Of a stretch of 64,000 nt of DNA, positions 21,363 to 31,721 are shown one piece after another. The DNA is from a virus. How positions within the stretch are numbered: the stretch's first letter is position 1; the number at the start of each line of letters is the position of its first letter. The position numbers and the translations under genes were made by a program. Location of the stretch: the IMG/VR virus record IMGVR_UViG_3300046782_000129, positions 53,535 through 117,534 of that record. One strand, 5' to 3'. Under the pieces are notes generated by a model. That model did not search any database. It was not told where the DNA came from and saw only the letters and a program-made list of their open reading frames with translations.

Positions 21363-22720
21363 GTTTTCCTGATCCCGCCACTACGGAATGGGTCCCTATC
21401 TGGAATCCGACGAGTCAGGGACCAGTTGGACCGGCTGGACCAACAGGACCAACGGGTTCACAAGGTACTCAGGGTATACCGGGGCCAACAGGACCCACAG
21501 GTCCTACAGGATCTACAGGCCCACAAGGACCTATTGGAAATACGGGACCGCAAGGACCACAGGGAGCCACGGGTCCACAAGGCCCACAAGGTGATCCCGG
21601 TATCGTTGGCATTCATCACACCACGCATCAGCCGGGGGGCACAGATATTTTGACGCTCACCGGAGGTTCCCTGCTTTTTGGCCGGGGCAGTAGTGGTGCA
21701 GGCGCAATGCAAGAGCTTTCGTTGGGTACTGGATTGGCGATGACCGGCACGGTCTTATCAGCCACGGCCCAAGGGATGGTGGCGCATCACGCGACCCACG
21801 AGCCGGGTGGAACGGACGTTTTAGTGAACTCCGTGTGGTCGAACGTCGCCAACACGTTCACGCAGAATCAACTGGTCAACAAGGCTTACCCAGAATGGAC
21901 ACTGCGACACAGTTCTGACGCAACTAGAGGACGACTGCTATTGCTTGCTAGTGGTCAGATGTGGGCGTCGAGCAACTTGAGTTATAACGGCACGACTTGG
22001 CTCCTCGATGATCCAGCACTCAAGGGCCTGTTGTATGGAACGGACGGTGCTGGAAGCTTCTTCATCTACACATCTACTAGCGGCACGGTAGCGTTGACGA
22101 ATGTGTTCTCAGTAAGCAGTGGTGGGAATGTTTCGGTAGCTGGCACGCTGACGATGGCTGGCGGGTTGACCGTGACCGCAGGCGGTGCGTCTATCACGGG
22201 CGTCACCACGATCAACTCACTGATTTCCAACGGTGCTGCGCTGTCTCAATTCGCTGGACCACTCTACTGCAACTCTTACATCTACAACGCAGGCGTGATG
22301 TATCCGGGCAGGATCGACAACGGCGCAGCGCAGACGAATTGGTATCTCGCCGGTCACGGCAGCTATGGCATCTATATCAACACCGGGTTGTATGTCGCTG
22401 GCGGTATCTGGGTCAACGGTGTCGCAGCAGCCGTGGCAGCTAATCCAAACTCACTTATGCTGCGAGACGCGAGTGGGTTCTGCAACTGGGTGTATGGGTA
22501 TGGGAGCTACGTTAATACGACTGACGATCCCAGTGCTGGAACCATCTCGTATGTCATGGCGAAGTTCGGGGATAACTACCATCGCTCCGCATCGCAGGCG
22601 AAGCTCCGAGAGTTTATCGGTGGATTGACTGGCAATTTGGGATCGACGGTTATTTATAACGGATACTATGCATATCTGTCGTTTACCAACGGGATTTTGA
22701 CGGGTGCGACCCCAGCATGA
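21359..22720 (+). CDS. Collagen-like tail fibre protein
   Basis: N-terminal [13 protein letters not shown] shared with 18813; GXY run; HHxTHxPGGTD repeats; beta-rich C-terminus. Confidence 0.75.
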   Translation: MSFPDPATTEWVPIWNPTSQGPVGPAGPTGPTGSQGTQGIPGPTGPTGPTGSTGPQGPIGNTGPQGPQGATGPQGPQGDPGIVGIHHTTHQPGGTDILTLTGGSLLFGRGSSGAGAMQELSLGTGLAMTGTVLSATAQGMVAHHATHEPGGTDVLVNSVWSNVANTFTQNQLVNKAYPEWTLRHSSDATRGRLLLLASGQMWASSNLSYNGTTWLLDDPALKGLLYGTDGAGSFFIYTSTSGTVALTNVFSVSSGGNVSVAGTLTMAGGLTVTAGGASITGVTTINSLISNGAALSQFAGPLYCNSYIYNAGVMYPGRIDNGAAQTNWYLAGHGSYGIYINTGLYVAGGIWVNGVAAAVAANPNSLMLRDASGFCNWVYGYGSYVNTTDDPSAGTISYVMAKFGDNYHRSASQAKLREFIGGLTGNLGSTVIYNGYYAYLSFTNGILTGATPA

Positions 22721-22729
22721 GGAGGCACG

Positions 22730-23092
22730 ATGCCTGAGGAACTGATTCTCACGACGCCAATTACACCACCGGCACCGACGCCGACGACGAAGTATCGCGT
22801 GTCGGCGTTCACGATGGACTTGGAGACCGCCGTGCCGCCGACTGGATCTGCCATTCCTCCGGACGTGCCGCCTCCACCAGATCCCGGCTTTGTCAACATC
22901 AAGCTGAAGGACGACGCGGGTAACTATAGCGTCTATCAGTATACCGGCAAGAAGGCGGTGCAGATGATTCAGCAGTTGAACACCGCGAATCTCACGCAGA
23001 AGTCCATGCAGAAGCGGATCTTGGAAAAGCTTTCTGCGGATGGTTTGTTGCCCGGTACGGTGCAAGGCACACCCGATCCGGTCGTGCCGTAA
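22730..23092 (+). CDS. Hypothetical protein
   Basis: GAGGAGG RBS. Confidence 0.6.
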   Translation: MPEELILTTPITPPAPTPTTKYRVSAFTMDLETAVPPTGSAIPPDVPPPPDPGFVNIKLKDDAGNYSVYQYTGKKAVQMIQQLNTANLTQKSMQKRILEKLSADGLLPGTVQGTPDPVVP

Positions 23093-23101
23093 GAGTAGAT
23101 C

Positions 23102-23584
23102 ATGTCCGTCAATCTCGTTGGTGGACTCTATCCGGGCCTGTATGACTGGCTGACAGAAGTCCCAGTCATCCCGGTCTTTCCACCGGGCACGTGTGTCACC
23201 AGCGGAATTACTGTTAGAAATTGTGTGGCCGCAGACGCCATCGAGTGTGGCACGACCGTCACGGCCTGTGTGAAGGTGACGGCCACCACAGGAACCGTGG
23301 TGGTGAAGACGCAGACCGTCACGTGTCATATCCACGTGCTGAACCGTGTGCAGTGTGACACCATCGCGTGTAGTGAGCGAGTGGTGGGATGTGTGAAAGT
23401 CAACATGCTGGAGCCACCGAGTGGTATCATAGCCCCGACCGTGTGTGCAGATGTGAGCTTCCGGTACGCATGCATCGCGGAAATTGATTGCACGGTGGGT
23501 GTGACAGCCGAGGTCACAGCACGCACGAGGGTGACGGCAGATGAGAGTCTGATGTGCTGTTGTAAGGAGACGACCCATGGCTAG
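23102..23584 (+). CDS. Cys/Val/Thr-rich protein
   Basis: Repetitive beta-strand composition, many Cys. Confidence 0.5.
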   Translation: MSVNLVGGLYPGLYDWLTEVPVIPVFPPGTCVTSGITVRNCVAADAIECGTTVTACVKVTATTGTVVVKTQTVTCHIHVLNRVQCDTIACSERVVGCVKVNMLEPPSGIIAPTVCADVSFRYACIAEIDCTVGVTAEVTARTRVTADESLMCCCKETTHG

Positions 23585-23894
23585 AATCGTCTTGAAGCGT
23601 GGCAACGATCAGGTGGTGACGCTGACGGGTCTCCGGACCACGGATCCCACCCCGATTTATTTGAACGCCGCCACGGTCAAAGCCACGTTGTGTGATAGCA
23701 AAGGCCAGCCGCTTCCAGATTTCTCTGATGTGGTCATGCCCTACGTGGATGGCAGCGAGGGCAACTACGAGTGGGCCATCGAAGCCGACGCCATGATGTT
23801 GCCTAAGAGCACGGAGTACTCGTTGATCCTCACGGCCCAACAGGACGAACTGGATTATCGAGCGGTCCACGCCGTGTCCGTGGTGGATGGCTAG
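23577..23894 (+). CDS. BppU-like Ig-fold virion protein
   Basis: IVLKRGND..TLT...PIYLNAATVKATL pattern; AAGGAG RBS. Confidence 0.5.
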   Translation: MARIVLKRGNDQVVTLTGLRTTDPTPIYLNAATVKATLCDSKGQPLPDFSDVVMPYVDGSEGNYEWAIEADAMMLPKSTEYSLILTAQQDELDYRAVHAVSVVDG

Positions 23895-23896
23895 CC

Positions 23897-24043
23897 ATGG
23901 CTGAAAAAGAAAAGTTTCTGACGTACGCGGACATCTTGCGGAAGAAGCCCAAGAAAAAGAAGCTCAGGGGCGGGCAAGAGGTCCCGATGGACATCGACAA
24001 AATTAACGCATCGATGGCGGCAGCGAACCCGTCAAAGGAGTAG
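23897..24043 (+). CDS. 48-aa basic protein, not in ORF track
   Basis: MAEKEKFLTYADILRKKPKKKKLRGG...; fills the gap exactly. Confidence 0.5.
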   Translation: MAEKEKFLTYADILRKKPKKKKLRGGQEVPMDIDKINASMAAANPSKE

Positions 24044-24045
24044 TC

Positions 24046-24420
24046 ATGCCTGCTTACGGATCGAGTACCCCCGCCACGCTGGAGTCGGGACGGCCCACGC
24101 TGGTGTGGAACAATGAAAACGTGCCCACGTCCGGGGCCGCGCAGATGAGTCAGGCGGTGTGCCTGCGACGGAATCCCAACCTGCCGAACTGCGTGTCTGT
24201 GGAGGTGATCTTCGCGGCCAACCCCGGCACGTTTGGCGTGGACCTGCAAGCCGCTGATACCGATCAGGACTCGTTCTACGTGACGAAGGCCACGTTGAAC
24301 TCGGGACTGAACGGGACCTTCGCGGGCCGCATTGAAGCCACGAATTTGGTAGCAAAGTTTCTCCGACTGAGGATGGCGACCCTGACCAACAACGTGAAGG
24401 TCACAGCCAAGTTCTTCTGA
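24046..24420 (+). CDS. Beta-sandwich virion protein
   Basis: AAGGAG RBS; AKFLRLRM C-terminal strand pattern. Confidence 0.55.
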   Translation: MPAYGSSTPATLESGRPTLVWNNENVPTSGAAQMSQAVCLRRNPNLPNCVSVEVIFAANPGTFGVDLQAADTDQDSFYVTKATLNSGLNGTFAGRIEATNLVAKFLRLRMATLTNNVKVTAKFF

Positions 24421-25178
24421 TGGCGACCGATGCCGTTCTCTCGTTGCCGGTTCCTTGTGCGAACGTCACGTACCCGTATCCGGTGTTGACCTTGCCGGGA
24501 GAGTGCGCGGGTGGAGGTGGGGGTGGTCCACTTGCCCGTGTGCAAGCGACCCCCAAGGCGACGGCCACCAGTACCGCATCCGTCGTGATGGTGTTTGCGG
24601 CTCCGCCCACGGTAGGCAATGGAGTCGTGGTGGTGGTGGCCAGTAACTCGCCAACACAGGGTGTAACGAGTTGCATTGACAATTTTGGAAACGTGTACAC
24701 GTTGACCAAACGTCAAGGTGGACCATCAGCAGGCACTGCGGTGGACTTCTGGTGCTGTCCGAAGATTGCGGCCACAGGAGGGTCGTTCACCATCACAGCC
24801 GCAGGAGCCGCTGGTATCAGTCGCATGGGCGTGGCCATCGAGGCATCGGGAGTCGGGGCAGGATTAGTTGCCGATCAAAATGTGAGTGCAGAGACCGTGG
24901 CCGTGGGATCTTCGATTGGTCCAACACCAGCACTGACGGCAGATATCGTCTTACTTCTGGCGGCGACTGGAGTCGGTGCTTCATTACCTGCTATTACCGT
25001 GGGGGTGGTGACGCCACCGTGGCTTCAGGAAGCTGAGGCACTGAGCACGACGCCAGTGACGGCAGAGATAGATAGCCGTGTGCTGACGGGAGCACTCGGG
25101 ACGACACAAAGTGTGTCATGGACGTGGGGCGGGGCAACGTACGCGAACTCGGCACTGGTTGCCTTCAAAGCCAGCTAG
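24420..25178 (+). CDS. Beta-rich fibre-tip/adhesin-like protein
   Basis: TGATG coupling; Ala/Thr/Val-rich beta pattern ending ALVAFKAS. Confidence 0.6.
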   Translation: MATDAVLSLPVPCANVTYPYPVLTLPGECAGGGGGGPLARVQATPKATATSTASVVMVFAAPPTVGNGVVVVVASNSPTQGVTSCIDNFGNVYTLTKRQGGPSAGTAVDFWCCPKIAATGGSFTITAAGAAGISRMGVAIEASGVGAGLVADQNVSAETVAVGSSIGPTPALTADIVLLLAATGVGASLPAITVGVVTPPWLQEAEALSTTPVTAEIDSRVLTGALGTTQSVSWTWGGATYANSALVAFKAS

Positions 25179-25180
25179 TC

Positions 25181-27025
25181 ATGTACCTCCGGGCGTTGAA
25201 GTTTGATCCCAGTGAACCTCGTGATGAACGAGGACGCTGGGTCCATCAGCGGATGGCGGAACTCAAAGCCAAGTACCCCGTGGTGGCTTTCAACTACCCA
25301 CGATCCAGCCACACCGAGATGGGCACCATCGAAGCTCACACCAAGGACGTGGGCCGCGAGTGGGAAAAGCAACTGACCCACGAAGAACTGGTAGGCATCT
25401 CTGAGCGATTCGGCAGCGACGTCGAGAAGTTGATGGCGTCCACCGTGCCCCTCCATGACATCGGCAAGGCCCAAGCCATGGAGTCGGGAGCCGGGAGAGA
25501 ACGTCAGCACGAGTACACCACGCCCATCATGCAAGACGTCCTTCGCAAGGAAGGCTTCAGCGAGAAAGACGTAAGTCTAGCCACTGAATTGACGAACCAT
25601 GACCTGATAGGTCCTTTGTTCAGAGGCTATGAAGGATTCTCGGCCAAAGAAGCTGTGGTGGTGGACAAGCTCAAGGAGAAAGCCCAGAAGGTCGGGATGA
25701 ACGTCCCCGACTTCGTGAAGCTCCAACTCGCCTTCTATCAAGCCGATGCCTCCGCGTATCCGTACATCACGCAGTTCATGACGCAGGAGCCATCAGGGAA
25801 GTGGACGTTCACGGGCAACAAGAAGATCGCGGCCATCGAAGCGTTGATCCACCCTCTGCAATCAGTTGCCAAGTTCGTGGACATCCTGAAGTACGACCCC
25901 AATGAACCCCGCAACCCCAAAGGCTCCCCACTCGGAGGCCAGTGGGTGGGTGCTGGGGGTCGTCAATTTACCAGTGAAGAAGGCTATCAGTGGCACGAGA
26001 CAGGGCCGGGACGTGAGTGGGCTACCCACACGATGTCGCCCGAAGACCATCGAGCGTTAGATGCTTATGTGGGATTTGGTTATCGGCAAGTGAATGAACT
26101 ACGGCGAGGGATCCAACCGACACGGGAAGTAAAGATCAGGAGATTGACGCCCGAAGAATACACAGCAGTTCAAGCGGCTGAGAGTCACGAAGACATTCAA
26201 AAAATGGTGCCCCCCGAAGGTCAGGGGTTCCGATACAGATCATCGTATGAATACGCGAAAGACGTGCCGTCAGGCCCGGATAAATTGGCCGCGCAATGGG
26301 CTGTCGTTGGGCCGAAGGTCGATACGGAACGACTGGCGGATGTGACGCAGGAAGCGAATCAACTGGATGACATGATCGCCCATCGTGGACTGGTGCTGGA
26401 CGAAGCGATAGAAGTACAACGAGGGGCCTATCTTCCCGGTGTGTCGGTAGAGGATTTGAAGACGCTGGAACAGTATCCAGATGACCACGTGTGGGAAGAG
26501 AAGGGGTTTACCTCCACGTTTCTGGGAGAGGCTGGAGGACGGGCCAAAAGTTATCCGGCCTTGGGGAAGTGGGAGAGCCTTCACCAGCGATACGGCAGCG
26601 GCAAGCTTTTTGAACATCAAGACGACGTGGGCACCGCTGTGCGTTTCTATATCACGTTGCCGAAGGGAACGAAGGTGGCGTCAGCGGAGGCGGCACGACG
26701 GGTGGACGTGATCTATCCGCGCACTCAAGATCCGGCAGTATTTCAGCATCCTGAGTGGACGGCGGATGGGAAATTGAAACCCGAAGACTTTACGATACCG
26801 GATCTGACCAAGAAACCCACGGTGCGAACACGGGATCTGGACGACAAGGGGCAACGTTCTGAGAGCGAAATCCTGTTGGGCAGTGGGGCACGGTTCCGGG
26901 TGACGAAGGTCAAGAAGGGGTATACGTACCAGACGGGAGACACGACCCTCAAGCCGGTAGATGTATATGAGGTCCATATGGAGTATATTGGTGGGGGTAG
27001 TAGTGACTCCCATGGAGGGATGTAA
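25181..27025 (+). CDS. Tagged effector: HD phosphohydrolase + R-S-E (VIP2/Alt-like) ADP-ribosyltransferase
   Basis: KFDPSEPRDERGRW tag; H..LHDIGK..HE..NHD..AD (HD); KYDPNEPRNPKG tag; YRQVNELRRG, VQRG, GFTST, SESEILL (ART). Confidence 0.8.
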   Translation: MYLRALKFDPSEPRDERGRWVHQRMAELKAKYPVVAFNYPRSSHTEMGTIEAHTKDVGREWEKQLTHEELVGISERFGSDVEKLMASTVPLHDIGKAQAMESGAGRERQHEYTTPIMQDVLRKEGFSEKDVSLATELTNHDLIGPLFRGYEGFSAKEAVVVDKLKEKAQKVGMNVPDFVKLQLAFYQADASAYPYITQFMTQEPSGKWTFTGNKKIAAIEALIHPLQSVAKFVDILKYDPNEPRNPKGSPLGGQWVGAGGRQFTSEEGYQWHETGPGREWATHTMSPEDHRALDAYVGFGYRQVNELRRGIQPTREVKIRRLTPEEYTAVQAAESHEDIQKMVPPEGQGFRYRSSYEYAKDVPSGPDKLAAQWAVVGPKVDTERLADVTQEANQLDDMIAHRGLVLDEAIEVQRGAYLPGVSVEDLKTLEQYPDDHVWEEKGFTSTFLGEAGGRAKSYPALGKWESLHQRYGSGKLFEHQDDVGTAVRFYITLPKGTKVASAEAARRVDVIYPRTQDPAVFQHPEWTADGKLKPEDFTIPDLTKKPTVRTRDLDDKGQRSESEILLGSGARFRVTKVKKGYTYQTGDTTLKPVDVYEVHMEYIGGGSSDSHGGM

Positions 27026-28150
27026 GTGGCGTTGAAGATGATCGTGAAACAGGAACCGCGTCTCCCGAAGGGCGCGGATCGGTTTCTGTGGAACGAACTC
27101 CCCCTGATGGTTCCGGCCAGTCAACGACCCGACTACGGCCACATTTTGAAGTTTGATCCCAGTGAAGCACGCAACCCCAAGGGGTCAGGACGAGAAGCAG
27201 GACGCTGGGCACGGTCTCCGCTGGAACAGAAGCGTCGAGACTTCATGGCGTTGATCAAGCGTGAGGATCGCGGCGAAGGGCAGCTTGACAAGTTACGTGC
27301 GGGTTTGAACGAGGCGTGGAAGGCGTGGGCCGACGACACGAAGAACCGAAAGAAGCCACTCAAACCCGATGGGGCGGCAGCGAAGAAGTTGGAGTCGTAC
27401 AAACGAGCCAAAGCCTTGGAAGATACGTTTCATGCTCAGTTTGCGGCGACCAGTGAGAAGAGACGGGCCTTTGAGAAGCAAGCGAAAGAAATGTTGAAGG
27501 TACCGGTGGATCAACGGTCACCCGTGCTGTTCAAAGAGGATCCCAAAGCTCCACTTCACCCGGCAGTCGTGACACGAGCGAAACAGATTTTAGAAACCTT
27601 CAAACAGTTTGACGGATCTGGAGCGTTCATACCGCTGTCATTCCCTGCGGACAAGGTGCAGGCATTTCGTGATGCTTTTGGTGACGATACGCCCCTCGTG
27701 CAGAACAAAGATGGCACCTACGCACTTGAGTCCAAGCTGCGGTTGAGCAAATCAGAGTCAGGACGGGCGCATGCGACGATTCAAGGCATTGCGGTAGGCG
27801 GGAGAGATTTGGAGCGTGAGGTGAGCCACGAGGTCGCCCACCACATTGAGTTCAAATCACATGCGGTGCTCCAAGCCGCCGTGGCTCTCCGTGAGTCGCT
27901 GGCGAACACGCCGCGTGAGGTCTATAGCCTCTATGCCAACAATAAGGCTCTTGAGCAAGATGAAGTCGCGGTGCGTGGAAATTTTCCCGATCCGTATTCT
28001 GGGAAAATCTATCCACAGGACATCTCCACAGAGATGGTTTCGACGGGGGTCGAATCGTACCTGTCTGATCCCGTGCATTTTGCTCGGACGCGGCCAGAAC
28101 ATTTCAATTTCATTTTTGACGTGATGCACGGAAAGTATCGGGGACAATGA
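27026..28150 (+). CDS. Tagged effector with zincin-like HExxH domain
   Basis: KFDPSEARNPKGSG tag; HEVAHHIE, PYSGKIY, TEMVSTGVE. Confidence 0.7.
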   Translation: MALKMIVKQEPRLPKGADRFLWNELPLMVPASQRPDYGHILKFDPSEARNPKGSGREAGRWARSPLEQKRRDFMALIKREDRGEGQLDKLRAGLNEAWKAWADDTKNRKKPLKPDGAAAKKLESYKRAKALEDTFHAQFAATSEKRRAFEKQAKEMLKVPVDQRSPVLFKEDPKAPLHPAVVTRAKQILETFKQFDGSGAFIPLSFPADKVQAFRDAFGDDTPLVQNKDGTYALESKLRLSKSESGRAHATIQGIAVGGRDLEREVSHEVAHHIEFKSHAVLQAAVALRESLANTPREVYSLYANNKALEQDEVAVRGNFPDPYSGKIYPQDISTEMVSTGVESYLSDPVHFARTRPEHFNFIFDVMHGKYRGQ

Positions 28151-28380
28151 TTACTCTCAAACTTACGACCGGAGAAGAAGCGACGGTCAACAACGGGGTG
28201 TGGACTGTCACAGACAATGCCGAACTGACTCGGGTGTTAAACGATCCCGATATGCAGCCCCCGGCCAATGGTCCGTATGCGCCGACTGAGGATGCCCGGA
28301 AGGCCGCGTACGTGATGGCGACGTGGGGCGCGACATGGGTGAGTACTGACGAGCACCACCCACCGGGAAAGCTGTATTGA
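28147..28380 (+). CDS. Small protein downstream of effector (partner candidate)
   Basis: ATGA overlap; TGA stop inside next TTGACA. Confidence 0.55.
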   Translation: MITLKLTTGEEATVNNGVWTVTDNAELTRVLNDPDMQPPANGPYAPTEDARKAAYVMATWGATWVSTDEHHPPGKLY

Positions 28381-28472
28381 CAAACGAAAGGCACCTATGC
28401 TAGGCTAGAAGGACTCGGTAGCACGGTCAGGCCACGAGGTCTTGACAAACGGTAGGGCAGTCGTGCTACAAT
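28377..28472 (+). promoter_or_regulatory. Tandem sigma70 promoters
   Basis: TTGACAAA 28377 / TGCTAGGCT and TTGACAAA 28442 / TGCTACAAT. Confidence 0.7.
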
Positions 28473-28517
28473 GGGTCCAGTTCGAAGTTCGGTGGCCAAT
28501 GGAGTGGGGGAGCCAAA

Positions 28518-30488
28518 ATGCAGTTTTATCCTTTCGGGCTTGAGAAAAACGAAACGACCGGTTCTACGGAATTGCTCGGCGGCAAGGGAGCGGGTCTCCT
28601 GTGGTTGGCCAATCAGGGTGTGCCGGTGCCTCCGGGGTTCGTGATCCCGACGTCGGTCTGGGCCGAGTACGACAAGAAGCCCAAGTCCACAATGAAATTG
28701 ATTGCCAAAGAGTTGCCCGCGTATCTGGCGAAGCTGGAGGCCCACTTCGGGTATCTGCCGCTCCTGTCGGTCCGCTCCGGTGCCCGCGTCTCGTGCCCCG
28801 GCATGATGGACACGATCCTGAACGTCGGGCTGGACGAAAACAACCTGACGGCATGGGCCAAGCGTCTCGGCCCCAAGTGCTTCGGAGATAGCTTCTATCG
28901 GCTGGTCCTGATGTATGGATCGGTGGTGGCCGGTCTCCGCCGTGAATCACTCGGCGTCAACCTGAAGTCCGCGTTGGATGGCTACCGGGAACAGACCGGT
29001 CAGGATTTCCCCACGGCACAGGCTCAACTTCTCGGCGCAATCGAAGCCGTCTTCAAGTCATGGGATAACAACCGGGCCAACGAGTACCGGAAGATGCACA
29101 GCTACGCTCGGGAGTGGGGCACGGCGGTCACGGTGCAGGCCATGGTCTTCGGCAACCTGAACGATCAGTCTGGCACGGGCGTGCTCTTCACGCGCAACCC
29201 GGACACGGGCGGCATGCTGGTCACGGGCGAGTTCCTTGCGAACGCGCAGGGGGAAGACATCGTGGCAGGCATCCGGACCCCGATGCCGTTGGACGAAATG
29301 AAAACGTGGAACCTCACGGTCCACGATCAACTGCTCTCGCAGGTCATCGGGCTGGAAAATCTCAAGAAGGACATGCTGGACATCGAGTTCACGGTCCAAG
29401 ACGGGAAGCTCTACCTTCTGCAAGTTCGCACGGGCAAGCGGAGTGCGACAGCGGCGATCAAGATCGCGGTGGACATGGAGAAGCAGGGTCTGATTGACGC
29501 CAAGACGGCGGTCAAGCGTGTCACGCTGAAGCAGTTCGACTTGGCACAGATGGCCACGCTGGATCCGAAATTCACGAAGGCCCCGGCCTTTCAAGGGATC
29601 CCGGCGTGCTCGGGTGTCGTGACTGGCAAGCCGGTCTTCACGAAGGAAGACGCGATTGCCTGCAAGGAACCGTGCATCCTCGTGACACACGAAACGACCC
29701 CGGATGATATCGCAGGCATGAAGGCGGCGGTGGGCATCGTGACGATGAACGGCGGCATGACCAGCCACGCGGCAGTGGTCGCACGCGGGATGGATCGCGC
29801 CTGCATCGTGGGTGTCGGTCAGTCGGTCGAATCCTTCAAGGACATCGAAGTGCTGAGCCTTGACGGCGCGACGGGCCGCATCTGGACTGAGAAGGTCGCC
29901 ATCGTGGGTGGCTCCGCGAATGGCCTGATCCACGAGTTCAACGAGATGGTGTGCAGGACGCTGGGCGTTGTGCCGGTCATCTTCGACGTGCCGACCCAGA
30001 AGATGGACGAAGCTCTGCTCTATCTCGGAGACAAGATTCTGAGAGACGATTGCCGGGGCACGTTTGCTCACACGCTGAACAAGGTGAATCACTTGTATCT
30101 GGATCTGGTGCCGTCCGAGGAAGAAAAGCGATATTTCGGTATCGTGGGCGCACACAATCATGTGGGCCGGTTTCTGGTGTGGTTGGAAGCCCTGTATGGG
30201 AAGGCATCCGGCAACCCGAAGTTTTCGAAGATCACGTTGATCGCCACGTCCGAATACGTGTCGAGTTTCAAGCGGATCGCTCCGGGCACGGACCTGCGGT
30301 CGATTGTCCTGTCGGACAAAGAAGTCATGCTCGATGGTGTGGACGTGAACGACCCGGCCATCAAACGTGTGCTTTCGTGGAAGAAGGCCGAAGGCACCAC
30401 GGTGGTGTCGCTCGGGAAGTATCTGGCGGATGTCAAATCGATTGTCTCTGTCCAGCAAGCAATGCATCTGTTGGGGGAGGTATCGTAA
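28518..30488 (+). CDS. PPDK-like protein: ATP-grasp + phospho-His swivel domains, lacking the pyruvate-binding barrel
   Basis: LLGGKGAGL, PVPPGFVI, LLSVRSGA, PGMMDTILNVG, QAMVFGN, AQGEDIVAGIRTP, DIEFT, LQVR, GGMTSHAAVVARG; unrelated ~190-aa C-terminus. Confidence 0.85.
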   Translation: MQFYPFGLEKNETTGSTELLGGKGAGLLWLANQGVPVPPGFVIPTSVWAEYDKKPKSTMKLIAKELPAYLAKLEAHFGYLPLLSVRSGARVSCPGMMDTILNVGLDENNLTAWAKRLGPKCFGDSFYRLVLMYGSVVAGLRRESLGVNLKSALDGYREQTGQDFPTAQAQLLGAIEAVFKSWDNNRANEYRKMHSYAREWGTAVTVQAMVFGNLNDQSGTGVLFTRNPDTGGMLVTGEFLANAQGEDIVAGIRTPMPLDEMKTWNLTVHDQLLSQVIGLENLKKDMLDIEFTVQDGKLYLLQVRTGKRSATAAIKIAVDMEKQGLIDAKTAVKRVTLKQFDLAQMATLDPKFTKAPAFQGIPACSGVVTGKPVFTKEDAIACKEPCILVTHETTPDDIAGMKAAVGIVTMNGGMTSHAAVVARGMDRACIVGVGQSVESFKDIEVLSLDGATGRIWTEKVAIVGGSANGLIHEFNEMVCRTLGVVPVIFDVPTQKMDEALLYLGDKILRDDCRGTFAHTLNKVNHLYLDLVPSEEEKRYFGIVGAHNHVGRFLVWLEALYGKASGNPKFSKITLIATSEYVSSFKRIAPGTDLRSIVLSDKEVMLDGVDVNDPAIKRVLSWKKAEGTTVVSLGKYLADVKSIVSVQQAMHLLGEVS

Positions 30489-30754
30489 TGGCTTTGAGCA
30501 TCGGCGTTTCAGTCGGGAGTAAAATTGATATCGGGGGACACCTGTTACACGTCAAGGCGTTGGTGCATCCCAATATCGTGGTGGTGACGGTGGATCGGGG
30601 TCCTGAAGTTGTCATCAGTGAAGATCAGGCGGTGGACATCCTTCCGGGCGTGAAAGTCCAGTCCGGACTGGGTGGCAACCGTCTGGCCTTCCAAGCGGCC
30701 AAATCGATTCGTATTTCGCGGGTCGAAGGGGCAGAAAAAGAACGGAGGAAATGA
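30488..30754 (+). CDS. CsrA-like protein
   Basis: TAATG coupling; MALSIGVSVGSKIDIG...RLAFQAAKSIRISR resembles the CsrA ends with an internal insertion. Confidence 0.5.
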   Translation: MALSIGVSVGSKIDIGGHLLHVKALVHPNIVVVTVDRGPEVVISEDQAVDILPGVKVQSGLGGNRLAFQAAKSIRISRVEGAEKERRK

Positions 30755-31083
30755 CCGTGCAGATCAGTACCAAAGTGCTGAAGGTGCTCAAGGCTGAGAA
30801 CATCTCAGCGGAAGAACTCCGGCGCATGCTGAACAAGATGGCGTTAACGTCCATCCGTGGGTGCAACCGTCGATACTTCCAGTGGCTGTTCCAGATGAAT
30901 AGCACCAACACGGTGCTGTCTGACATGCAGCGACTGGACGTGGTGGAGATTGGCCGTGGACAGAACCGCATGCTGGAAGAGCACGAGGAATGCGGCGGCG
31001 AGGGCTGTCGGACGTGCGGCTGGGTCGGACAGGTATCGAGAGCGGTGCAGGACGCCACGGCAGTGGCCATGAGTGGTTCTTGA
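30751..31083 (+). CDS. Hypothetical protein with C-terminal CxxCxGxG-like Zn motif
   Basis: HEECGGEGCRTCGWVG; ATGA overlap. Confidence 0.55.
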   Translation: MTVQISTKVLKVLKAENISAEELRRMLNKMALTSIRGCNRRYFQWLFQMNSTNTVLSDMQRLDVVEIGRGQNRMLEEHEECGGEGCRTCGWVGQVSRAVQDATAVAMSGS

Positions 31084-31126
31084 CAAACGGTAGACTTTAG
31101 GTGTAAGATCCGGTGAGGGGTGGGGT

Positions 31127-31660
31127 ATGGCAGGTCTGGGGCAGTTGAAGATTCAAGTCAACAAGCGGCAGTTCTTCGTGGTGACGGGCGGTCCCTTCCG
31201 GGAGTGTCCCCCGTCGATGAAGGGTGTCAAGATGGCCAAGGAGATTGCGGCGGTGTGTGCCGTGGATATCCCGACCCAAGATTTCCAGACCCCCGACCGG
31301 AGAACCCTCTACCGGGGCCTGAGCAAGGCGATTGACCTGTTGCTGGCGGGTGAACCCCTCTACGTGGGCTGTATGGGCGGCAAGGGGCGCACGGGCCTGT
31401 TCCTTGCAGTGCTGGTGAAGGCGTTCGGCGTCAAAAAGCCGGTCGAGTACGTGAGGGCCAACTACTACGCGCATGCCGTGGAGACCCCGGAGCAGTACAA
31501 GTTCGTGAAGCAGTTCACGATCACGCCGCCCATCAAGCGGAAGGTGAAGCTTCTGCGCCGATGGTCGTGGCTGAAGTTCTGGAAGACCAACCTGACTCGG
31601 TTGCCGATGGAGGCCCCGAAGGACAAGGTGCTCCTCCAAGTAGGCCAGAAGCTGATTTGA
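31127..31660 (+). CDS. Cys-based protein tyrosine/dual-specificity phosphatase
   Basis: YVGCMGGKGRTG (CX5R), DIPTQDF, AVETPEQYKFV. Confidence 0.85.
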   Translation: MAGLGQLKIQVNKRQFFVVTGGPFRECPPSMKGVKMAKEIAAVCAVDIPTQDFQTPDRRTLYRGLSKAIDLLLAGEPLYVGCMGGKGRTGLFLAVLVKAFGVKKPVEYVRANYYAHAVETPEQYKFVKQFTITPPIKRKVKLLRRWSWLKFWKTNLTRLPMEAPKDKVLLQVGQKLI

Positions 31661-31721
31661 CAAATCCCGTAGGGTTTTGCTATACTGGGTGAGTAAGTTT
31701 CGCTCAAGGGAGTGGGCAGAC

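Noticed and set aside
15370-21600. Collagen regions as DNA repeat arrays
   Set aside because: Periodicity is the Gly-X-Y codon pattern with free synonymous variation
28518-30488. Functional pyruvate phosphate dikinase as a metabolic gene
   Set aside because: Pyruvate/PEP-binding C-terminal barrel is missing
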